From Acidobacteriota bacterium (GTDB lineage: Bacteria; Acidobacteriota; Thermoanaerobaculia; Multivoradales; Multivoraceae): 64,000 nucleotides of DNA. The position numbers were made by a program, and so were the translations under genes. Of this stretch, positions 48,301 to 54,068 are shown in pieces (the stretch's first letter is position 1; every line of letters starts with the position of its first letter). Location: the NCBI GenBank assembly GCA_039026915.1, contig JBCCLJ010000005.1, positions 9,654 through 73,653 on the forward strand. Direction: 5' to 3'. Under the pieces are notes generated by a model. The model saw only the letters and a list, made by a program, of their open reading frames with translations, was not told the origin of the DNA and did not search any database.

Positions 48301-51300
48301 TCCTACACGGCGCTGCCTTCGTGGCAGGGCGGTTCGTTTCCGTTCACCTCGAATACCGACGCCGCGCAGACTTCGGCCAACCGCGTCGACGGTCTCACGA
48401 CCCGCGTGATCCTCGAGGTTGGAGATCCCAGTCTCAACCCGCGGGTCGTCGACGATCCAGAGACGCTGCATCTCGACGAGGCGACCAATCACCTTCTGGG
48501 CCCGTGGATTCGGGTGCTCAACACCGGACAGGAGATCTACCAGCGTTGGCGCCACCGCGGCGCGACGCAGGATCTCGTGACGGCGGAGCTCTACGGCTCG
48601 AGCACGCCGCTCCTCGGCTTCGGACTCGATCAGGCGACGATCTTCGAGGCGGCGTGGTCGTGGCCGGTCGAGCAGGAGCCGATCTGGGACGCGTATCCCG
48701 AGTTCGTCGACTACACCTACTCCGGATCGACCTCTTTCACCGACTGGTTCGACAGTCCCGCGAGCGGTTTGACCTGGCCGGTGAGCGGCGCCAACCTGGC
48801 GACGCTGCGTCAGGGATCGACGGTGACGTTGCCCCAGGGTTCCTTCGCCTTTACGCACGTCTTCGACTCGCCGCTCAACAGCGCCCCCGCAGTCGCCGAT
48901 CTCGATCGAGACGGCAGCTACGAGGTGGTTGTCGGCTCCTTCCTCAACTGGATCGCCGTACACGGCGCCGACGGAGCGCTGCAGACGCTGATCGATCCGG
49001 CACCGGGGCAGGATCTGTCGTCGGTGTCGTCGGTCGTGGTTGCCGATCTGCTCGGCGACGCGTCGCTCGAGATTCTTCGCGGCTATGACGATGGCGTGAT
49101 TCGCGTCTTCGATGCGAGCGGCGATGAACTGCAGACCTTCCAGCTCGACGGCACCGTCAAGTCGACCCCCGTCGTCGGTGACGTCGACGGCAACGGCAGC
49201 CGTGAACTCTTCGTTCTGGGCGGCGACGCCCGTCTCTACGGTTTCTCGTCGACCGGTGCCCCTCTGCCGGGCTTTCCGCTGGCGGTCGGCGGGCCGGAGG
49301 ACGTTTCGAACAACTGGGTGATCATGCCGTCACCGCTTCTGGCGAACGTCGACGAGTCAGGCTCGCTGGAGGTCGTCGCGGTAACCGCGTCCGGGCGGGT
49401 GCACGTGGTCGGCCTCGATGGGCAATCCCTGCCGGGATGGCCCGTCGATCTCGAGCGGACGGTCCTAGCCTCGCCGGCCGCGGCGAATCTCGATGGATCG
49501 GGCGGTCTCGAGATCGTCATTGCTGACGACCAGGGCGGAGTGACGGCGCTGGGTTCGACCGGGGTCGTCGTCTGGGAGAGTCAGCGCAGCTTGGGAGGCC
49601 CCTCCTCGCCGGCGGTGGGCGATCTCGAAGGCGACGGCTCGCTGGAAGTGGTCGTCGGTTCGATGGATGGCCGGATCTACGCGTACGCCGCCGACGGTTC
49701 CGAGAAGAGCGGTTGGCCGGTGACCACCGCCTCTCAGGTGCAGAGCTCGCCTTCGCTGGTCGACTTCGACGATGACGGCGACGACGAGGTCTTCGTCGGC
49801 TCGTTCGACACCCGCCTCTACGGTCTCGACGGCGACGGCTCCGCTCTGCCGCTCTCCGGTGGAGGGACCTTTCCGGTGGCTCTCGGTGCGGTGCTCGTCT
49901 CCAGCCCCGCGGTGGTCGATCTGCAGGGCGACGGCACGCCCGAGATCGTCGTCGGCTCCTACGACCGCAATCTCTACGCGGTGGAGGCAGGCGGTAGCGT
50001 GCGTCCTCTCGCCAACCTTTGGGGCCAGTTCCGGGGCTCCGCCACGAACCAGGGTACGGCGTCCGAGAGCTTCGTGGAACTCGCCGATCTGAGCGTCGCG
50101 GTGGACGACAACGTCGACTCGGTCGTTGCGGGAACGCAGCTCAACTGGACGGTGCTCGCCCAGAACGCGGGTCCGGACGACGTGCTCGGCGCGACGCTCC
50201 AGGCGACCGTCTCGCCGGAGCTGAGCGGCCTCAGCTGGTCCTGCTCGTCGGCGCTCGGCGCCTGCGGCACCGCCAACGGCAGCGGCGCGCCGGACCTCTC
50301 GCTCGATCTTCCCAGCGGCGCTTCGGCGACGATCACAGTGCAGGCGACGGTGGCCTCTTCGGCCACGGGCACGGTGCCCTTCAGCGCGTCGATCGGTGTG
50401 CCTGCCGGCTTCGCCGACTCGGCGACGGGCAACAACGAGTCCGCCGAGTCGACGCCGGTCGAGCTCGTTGCCGACGTCGGTGTCACGATCAGCGACCGCT
50501 CGAGCTACTACGCACCTGGTAGCCGTCTGCGCTACACGGTCGCCGTATCGAATGACGGCCCCTCGGACGCTTCTGGTACGGCGCTTCAGGTCGCCCTGCC
50601 CGAGGAGTTGAGCTCTGTCTCCTGGACTTGCAGTGCGGGCGGTGGAGCCAGCTGCGCTGCGAGCGGCAGCGGTGCCCCCGATCTGACGCTCGATCTTCCT
50701 GAGGGCGCGCTGGCGGTCTTCTCGGTCTCCGGCGATGTCGATCCCGACGCCGTCGGTGTGCTGACGGCGTCGGCGACGGTCTCCGTCGCTACCGGAATCA
50801 GCGATCCGGTCAGCTCCAACGACGTCGCTTTCGACGAGTCGTCGGCAACGACGCAGAACGACGCCCCCACGGTCGAAACGGTGACCTCACTCTCGGACGA
50901 CGTTCTCGAAGCGTGCCGCGCATCGACCGAACCACTGCAGGGCCTGAGGCTCCTTTTCTCCGAGCCGATGCGCAACAGCGGCGGATCGACTTCGGTCGGC
51001 GACCTCGACAATCCTCAGTCCTACCTGCTGGTGAGCAGCGGCGCGGATCGGGATCTTCAGACCGTCGACTGCGCCGGACCGGCGGGCGACGATCAAGAGG
51101 TGGCGCTGAGCGCAGTCTACGCCGGTGCTGGGTCCACGTCGGTCTCGTTGGAGGTCGACGACCTCGGTCTGCTCGACGGCGCGTATCGGCTGTTTGCCTG
51201 CTCGACGCTCGAGGACCAGGACGGGACGGTGATCGACGGTGACGGTGACGGCTTCGGAGGTGATTCGTTCCGGTTCGATCTTCGAGTCGACTCCGGCAAC

Positions 51301-51837
51301 CTGGTGACGGACGGTCACTTCGACTGCGACCTCGGAGGGTGGCAGGTCGAGGCACCCCCTTCAGAGCTCATCTTCGACGCCACGACCGATGCTGATGACG
51401 CTCAGATCTCGGGCTCGGCTGCGGTCGTCGATCTGACGGGGGCGCCCGACTACACCCTCTCGCGGTGTCTGCCGGTCGAGGGTGCGGAAGGTGTGGCACT
51501 GAGGGTCAGGACTCTGACCGACGCACCGGCCGGTGTCGCCGTCGATCTGAAGATCGGCTGCGAGGTCTTCTCGGACGCGTCCTGCTCGGGCTCGCCCCTG
51601 CTGGAGTACGAGGACCGGATCGAGCTGACGGATTCGTCGGGAGCCTGGAACCACCTGGCGCTGACGGCGCCGTCTCTCGAAGACGCCCTCTCGGCACGAT
51701 GCGCCGTCGCCGTCGAGCAGAAGCAGGGCTTCGGCTTCGAGGTCCGTTTCGATCAGCTGTTCCTTCAGCAGGGCATCTTCGAGAACGGCTTCGAGAAGGG
51801 AATGCTCGGCTGGAGCGAGAAGGCCGACGGTCCCTGA
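39334..51837 (+). CDS. giant (4167 aa) secreted repeat protein: DUF11-type/Ig-like repeats, LruC-like domain, FG-GAP beta-propeller, C-terminal jelly-roll-like domain
   Basis: One uninterrupted ORF. Signal peptide MFLARPLLLLCLLGLLLAPSAAQS. Five alternating module pairs (..IGE.VTYR.V.TLPEGV.. then VVEP.L...K..). More DUF11-like units follow (e.g. DLGVSKTDGD...YQVTYANGGNQDATGVTVTETVP). NDFDYNDFVITV block at 48037. Seven DxDxDG...E.VVGS blades at 48880..50060. Confidence 0.9.
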   Translation: MFLARPLLLLCLLGLLLAPSAAQSQPEADVLVTNAPQALLGESIELQLDFSNVAADSQDVGYGPFVDVVLPINGADGNAGSETADGLTFVSADYLGAAISATQLTFPDDGRDTGCVEHPFAESDTATPLIVCGTPGDVLLVLPLPFGSYVPTQPASTIDLKLDVSALADLGVGLPVHHRAGFRFGADPLDNACCDPSLVSAASNDSTTWPSTEVTPELLAVRKEYLGPENETSTGPNFPRQYRIVLDLADGQSISDVDVIEDLPDSLAYLRLVSTSPTATVLAEPTVGEASSSPTNRLHVNFSSVTGTASNNDAEVVLEFFVPRTDATGSAVVPAASGDDTTAENQVTALGDWSPVDGRDPSGTDNVSFDASGPEHTLSQQALSIQKGVAIAANSGASSATPGDVLEYTLEIQVSDFFAVSSVVVTDVLSDGQSFDQSFTPTLRLTEHGSTTSAGFDAANFTVSADKSPGASAPNTGRTTLTFDLSSELVTRGADALFLGGCVPVGGTGGTPPDCSTFDQGATTATVVFRAVIDEDFSDDFPSGDASVDQGDSLSNDAVVDSALHDVVELQATAATEADDTAAGVKLVFGSISKSIYAIDGNTSFAQPIEISPGDEITYRLEVTMPSADFENLVLSDYLPLPVFSAPEVTQLLSQADATVPAAGTIKFGATDTLLALAGAPSWSVQAASNRLVLDYGDFDAVGSGPVKIDVLFTVTVSDDPFADDLLLTNQMHLEQASTNGGVHVADAIVQFRLRQPLLRFTKGAISSDQPDATFTPSVVGPSLVGTVSSDDLAATPVGSDVADVDAGDLVTFALVVENVGGSGAFDLVVNDALPAGLTVPAGGIDLTVRRGDGLILQTSALGPFGDDRDLFENGLEIVDPSGEAACQEYSASGGSNVVLLTYELEVADAAAVPEAVFENDAGLLQYGGDDGSGSSANHVFGTTEFRDSVSIEIATPQIEKDLTLTSEPHTPDSDPGRPLAIGEAATYRIVVTVPEGVSPQVKLTDQVSSGVRIESVDQVTATPGLSTSVAGGFGAVRTGAVVSGDGRGVTLDFGDLTNANRANGTADTISVYATVRVQNDPEASSGTAVTNSATWSWDGGQVGDSAQQALVVEPALEMSKDVSPGNGDAGDTVSFTLTVTHAGASTADAFDLVLTDALSDPDLALVDGTVSAPGGTVVRGNGGEGDVEVRYDSLALAGSAIVTFDAVLLNSVVAGDILTNVAELSWDSLPGEVAERKYGPTSAGAQVTIGIPDLSKSVLSTSETSTDAAQYSPTVEDLTLGEEVTFRIVATLPEGVTAQVLIVDSMPSSASGVLEAISAQVISVGGSLTPAVPSPTPSFSDVNLGDGLDDRVSFDFGQVTNAPDGVVSAGDQIVLEIVARVADVAANRGGRALTNTALIDFDGALQPTATVDVEVVEPLLEVDKSGDETTGDAGDIVRFVVEVRHDPATSARAFDVLIEDELPPGLSFYGNLQSTGTAEPSTLSEASNTVTAVWDELDVGEVGRFEFDAIVDLGVFPGENLTNEAMLSWDSLPADDDPPGERTGSDSDEHVFTVTLPGVDKTVFSTSESFTGTAQSGPEPDLTIGEQVTYRVVLTLPEGTVTDTTIVDQLPKGSAVLALESSRVVRVGTALGGAGLPSVGAAGTASDTDADGVDDRVQWTLGTVVNTPDGSENAQDEIEVEVVARVIDVAANSYGDDDLVNLATLSHADGSAMDSALVDVVEPQLQITKSASSTLVDAGDTIRFDLQIDHISASSADAFSLVVVDALPSSGLSWAGNGTVVSDCDGLVVDSTSLPTVRFDVSELTRADETCTISYDLDVENTVQPAQSYDNTASLDYDSQPTYVAGETRRRTTSDMETVTILAPGLMKITDTTSLDDTGMTQFGASRPDLAIGEQVDYELTVVFPEGVTENAVVTDLMPADSQTGIVEVIGASVSSIGGQLVATGSGSPVLSDTRLDDGLNDTVTFDFGRVTNTPDGSNTPADRIVLTVTGVVVDLPENVAGDVLSNYAELAFATGGPLSDTAEIDVVEPELELGKSMGPMAAHRIPISLSVENTGSAPAYEVRVEDVLDDSLYDLDSFASIAAPTGFVLEALDEGSQLRIVLRADPASSSPDNVILPGETVSADFEIDALRGASSPSALPNVADEVGATTLPGTDPKERDASGSTVSVTLDLPILESDKTASLLADADNSGTVSPGDTVRYEVALTNSGAGAATDLVLQDTPDANTSLVIGTVVVGGSEVVVSGNGAGDVDVHVTLASLAAGQTSTVQYDVVVAPALAAGIETVTNQGVWTSTEVDPVATDDPSVPGFADATIVPVDAAPDLGVSKTDGDEDAIPTGLLTYQVTYANGGNQDATGVTVTETVPDHSIYLAPNSNYAWSCPDGSTAGTQCVANVGSLAAGAGGSFTFAVRVVDPLPGGVTALANTVTIQDDGSNGDDLDLSDNQGSDTTPINASPGLTLTKSDGDAVALFGSPVVYTLSYSNDGNQVAQGVVLTETVPADTIFDAAASAPSSWSCGDASSAGTECTLSLGQLAVGASGSETFAVRTLASAGEGGLVQNTATIRDDGSGASGQPVTESASDTTPVRAPTLTKTLLTSGDLVIGQEAILRIEVGLPEGASASGVTLVDALPLELLAVRQENGSASAGLTYSGSLAADIESDSFTWTLGDVSNTDGDSGTQESFVFDVVVQARNVLTAQAGTMLTTTATLTFGGQTRDASVDLSILEPDLSLDTSFDQLTSGPGETVTVRWEIAHTQASGASAHDLELVTVLPEGLTYAGGVTAEQGPAPTVDATGLPELRMTVAELEQNWDESNPLVITFDVTTSGSLTTRETVDSEVRLEWSSIVGVPALPVPDDPASGERTGDSGDPGGAANDYVAESTSQLNNTAVFSFEDLREDETLSNDFDYNDFVITVGVTEEVNEENEWTRIELLVRAEARGAAFNHEPFLDVGLEGPIDITLETYDAAGVLTGISQSSQNATFVESIPIFADSYTALPSWQGGSFPFTSNTDAAQTSANRVDGLTTRVILEVGDPSLNPRVVDDPETLHLDEATNHLLGPWIRVLNTGQEIYQRWRHRGATQDLVTAELYGSSTPLLGFGLDQATIFEAAWSWPVEQEPIWDAYPEFVDYTYSGSTSFTDWFDSPASGLTWPVSGANLATLRQGSTVTLPQGSFAFTHVFDSPLNSAPAVADLDRDGSYEVVVGSFLNWIAVHGADGALQTLIDPAPGQDLSSVSSVVVADLLGDASLEILRGYDDGVIRVFDASGDELQTFQLDGTVKSTPVVGDVDGNGSRELFVLGGDARLYGFSSTGAPLPGFPLAVGGPEDVSNNWVIMPSPLLANVDESGSLEVVAVTASGRVHVVGLDGQSLPGWPVDLERTVLASPAAANLDGSGGLEIVIADDQGGVTALGSTGVVVWESQRSLGGPSSPAVGDLEGDGSLEVVVGSMDGRIYAYAADGSEKSGWPVTTASQVQSSPSLVDFDDDGDDEVFVGSFDTRLYGLDGDGSALPLSGGGTFPVALGAVLVSSPAVVDLQGDGTPEIVVGSYDRNLYAVEAGGSVRPLANLWGQFRGSATNQGTASESFVELADLSVAVDDNVDSVVAGTQLNWTVLAQNAGPDDVLGATLQATVSPELSGLSWSCSSALGACGTANGSGAPDLSLDLPSGASATITVQATVASSATGTVPFSASIGVPAGFADSATGNNESAESTPVELVADVGVTISDRSSYYAPGSRLRYTVAVSNDGPSDASGTALQVALPEELSSVSWTCSAGGGASCAASGSGAPDLTLDLPEGALAVFSVSGDVDPDAVGVLTASATVSVATGISDPVSSNDVAFDESSATTQNDAPTVETVTSLSDDVLEACRASTEPLQGLRLLFSEPMRNSGGSTSVGDLDNPQSYLLVSSGADRDLQTVDCAGPAGDDQEVALSAVYAGAGSTSVSLEVDDLGLLDGAYRLFACSTLEDQDGTVIDGDGDGFGGDSFRFDLRVDSGNLVTDGHFDCDLGGWQVEAPPSELIFDATTDADDAQISGSAAVVDLTGAPDYTLSRCLPVEGAEGVALRVRTLTDAPAGVAVDLKIGCEVFSDASCSGSPLLEYEDRIELTDSSGAWNHLALTAPSLEDALSARCAVAVEQKQGFGFEVRFDQLFLQQGIFENGFEKGMLGWSEKADGP

Positions 51838-51847
51838 GCTCAGGGAG

Positions 51848-52720
51848 CTACTCGGCTCCCGAAGAGACCGCCGCCTTGGCATCGAGGTGCTGGCTGAACC
51901 AGCGGACCAACGCTTCGGTGGCGGTCGCTTCGTGCTCCCCGCGGAAGCCGTGTCCGGCCCCCTCGAGGACGACCAGCTCCGTCGTTACGCCTTCCTTTTG
52001 AAAGGCGGCGTGAATGCGCTGGCTGGTGCTCAACGGGACGAGCTCGTCGGCGGTGCCGTGCACCAGCAGCGTCGGCGGATCGTCCTTGGAGACGTAGAGG
52101 ACCGGTGAGATGTCGTCGGCGAGCTCGGAGTCGAAGTCCAGAGCGGGGAAGCGGTCATTCGGGCCGACGATCGGCTGCAGGTCGACGGGCGGGAAGTAAG
52201 CGACGACGGCCGCCACTCGGGCGTCTCCCGCGTCGCCCTCCTTGCCGACCGCCGACTCGGAGGCCGCGCCGAGCATCAGCGAGAGGTGCCCTCCGGCGCT
52301 TCCGCCGAAGACGCCGAGACGGTCGGCGTCGACGTTCCACGCCGAAGCGTTGTCGCGAATGTGTGCGAGCGCCTTGCGAACGTCGACGACCGCCTCGGGT
52401 ACCTTGAACATCGGGCTCGAACCGTGGCGGACCATGAAGACGGTGAAGCCGCGTTCGAGGAGTGCAGAGAAAGTCGGCTGCTGCGGGGCCATCGACGGAT
52501 CGAACCAACGTGAGACCCAGCCGCCGCTCACCATGAAGAGCACGGCGGCACCGTTCGGTGTCGCAGGGCTGACCACGTCGTAGGTGAGCGCCATGCCCAT
52601 CTTGTGTCCGTAGACGACGTCGGCATCGATCGCGGGCGCGGTGTCCTGGGGCTGTCCGAACGTCGGAGCCACCGTCAAAGCGAGGCCGACGGCGACGAAG
52701 GCAGAGCGAAAGCGTCTCAT
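51848..52720 (-). CDS. secreted alpha/beta hydrolase (esterase / dienelactone-hydrolase-like)
   Basis: Signal peptide MRRFRSAFVAVGLALTVAPTFG. VLFMVSGGW (oxyanion region), GVFGGSAGGHL (GxSxG), LLVHGTADELVP (Asp), EGAGHGF (His). Confidence 0.8.
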   Translation of the reverse strand: MRRFRSAFVAVGLALTVAPTFGQPQDTAPAIDADVVYGHKMGMALTYDVVSPATPNGAAVLFMVSGGWVSRWFDPSMAPQQPTFSALLERGFTVFMVRHGSSPMFKVPEAVVDVRKALAHIRDNASAWNVDADRLGVFGGSAGGHLSLMLGAASESAVGKEGDAGDARVAAVVAYFPPVDLQPIVGPNDRFPALDFDSELADDISPVLYVSKDDPPTLLVHGTADELVPLSTSQRIHAAFQKEGVTTELVVLEGAGHGFRGEHEATATEALVRWFSQHLDAKAAVSSGAE

Positions 52721-52830
52721 GACTGTCTCCTGTGGTTGTGGGGTGAGCTTAGCCGTTCAGCGGTGGTACGGTCGGGTCTCCCCCTGTCATCTTTGCCGGG
52801 ACCCGCGCGGTTCGGGCCGGAGGTTTGCTG

Positions 52831-53583
52831 ATGAAGGCCCGTAGCGCCCTCTCCCTGATGCTCTTGTCGTGCCTCGGAATCGGTGCTTGTTCGTCACCCC
52901 CGGAGGGTGGCGATGCGTCACCGACGCCGATGAGCGGCGAGGAGCTGCTCGACGCCATGATCGCCTTTCACGATCCTCAGGGCCTGTGGGCGACCTCCCG
53001 GCTCGCTCTGGGGCTCGACGAGTCGCGCCCCGACGGCAGCGTACGGAAGACGAGCGTCTTCATCGATCCGCTCGCCGGCTCGACGCTCATCGAGACTCAG
53101 CGCGATGGACGCGATGTGTCGATGAGCGTCAGCGACGCCGAGGTCACCGCAACGGTCGACGGGCGTCAGCCGACGCCGGAGGAGGCGGAGTCGCTGCGAC
53201 TGACGCCCGACCAGGCGACGCGCATGCGCAACTACTACGTCTACCTCTATGGTCTTCCGATGAAGCTGCGCGATCCTGGAACGCTGATCGATTCAGAGGT
53301 GAGGCGGACCGAAGTCGAGGGCCGCGAAGCTCTGGTGCTGCGCGTCACCTACGACCCCGAGGTGGGAGGCGATACCTGGCTCTTCTACGCGGATCCGGAG
53401 ACGTTCGAGATGTTCCGCTACCAGTTCTTCCACGACGAGAGCGCCGGGGATGGCGAGTACATCGTTTTGGAGGGGCTGGCGGAAGTCGGTGGGCTGAAGC
53501 TGCCTGCCGCTCGGACCTGGTTCACGAACCAGGGGGACGAGCTACTCGGTACCGACACGATCCGGGAGACGAGCACGCTTTGA
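52831..53583 (+). CDS. hypothetical lipoprotein (possibly DUF6503-like)
   Basis: ATG 52831 lies 7 nt after GGAGG. Lipobox LSCLGIGAC. The pattern WLFYADPETFEMFRYQFFHDESAGDGEYIVLEGL...LKLPAARTWF resembles a lipoprotein family I recall as DUF6503 (memory only). Confidence 0.5.
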   Translation: MKARSALSLMLLSCLGIGACSSPPEGGDASPTPMSGEELLDAMIAFHDPQGLWATSRLALGLDESRPDGSVRKTSVFIDPLAGSTLIETQRDGRDVSMSVSDAEVTATVDGRQPTPEEAESLRLTPDQATRMRNYYVYLYGLPMKLRDPGTLIDSEVRRTEVEGREALVLRVTYDPEVGGDTWLFYADPETFEMFRYQFFHDESAGDGEYIVLEGLAEVGGLKLPAARTWFTNQGDELLGTDTIRETSTL

Positions 53584-53648
53584 GTTCTCGAGTTGCTGCT
53601 GGTTCTCGGGTTGCCGATCTTTGGAATTCCGCGACTCACACCATTTTT

Positions 53649-53700
53649 TTGGACGGGTTGTCCGGTTCATTGGACGCGAGCGGTTTATTCGACGTATGCT
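53649..53700 (+). promoter_or_regulatory. candidate promoter with direct repeat TTGGACG-N14-TTGGACG
   Basis: Locally AT-rich intergenic stretch. TTGGACG at 53649-53655 and 53670-53676, 21 bp centre to centre. The second copy could be a -35, with TATGCT (53695-53700) as a -10 at a long 19-bp spacer. Confidence 0.25.
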
Positions 53701-53728
53701 ATATGAGCATTTCGGAAAGGGGCACCTG

Positions 53729-53956
53729 ATGGCGCAGCCTGTACTGTTGGATACCGAGATCGAATTGGATGCGAAGGCGCTGGCGTCTTTCGATGAGCGG
53801 CCCCGCCCGCGGCGGGTCGCCGCCCGGGAGCCCCGGAGGCCGCGCTATCCCGGTGAATCGGCCGTCTCGCGCTGGCACAGGTATTCCGACTGGTGGGCCT
53901 GGGGCGCCGCAGCGTTGACCGTCGTATCGGTCGTCGCTCTCTTCGCCTGGGGCTGA
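53729..53956 (+). CDS. small hypothetical C-terminally anchored membrane protein
   Basis: ATG 53729 follows GAAAGGGG. 75 aa, basic/Pro-rich, ending in the Trp-rich TM helix WWAWGAAALTVVSVVALFAWG. The longer 111-aa track ORF would read through the AT-rich promoter-like DNA. Confidence 0.35.
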   Translation: MAQPVLLDTEIELDAKALASFDERPRPRRVAAREPRRPRYPGESAVSRWHRYSDWWAWGAAALTVVSVVALFAWG

Positions 53957-54068
53957 CGCCCGCCCAGCAGACGCCTTCCGGTGGAGCGGGAGTCGGTCCA
54001 TCCGAGTGTGAGTCCTCGCCACCGCCTGGCGTCGCAGCCTTTCGGGGGCGGTGGTTTATAGTCGACTC

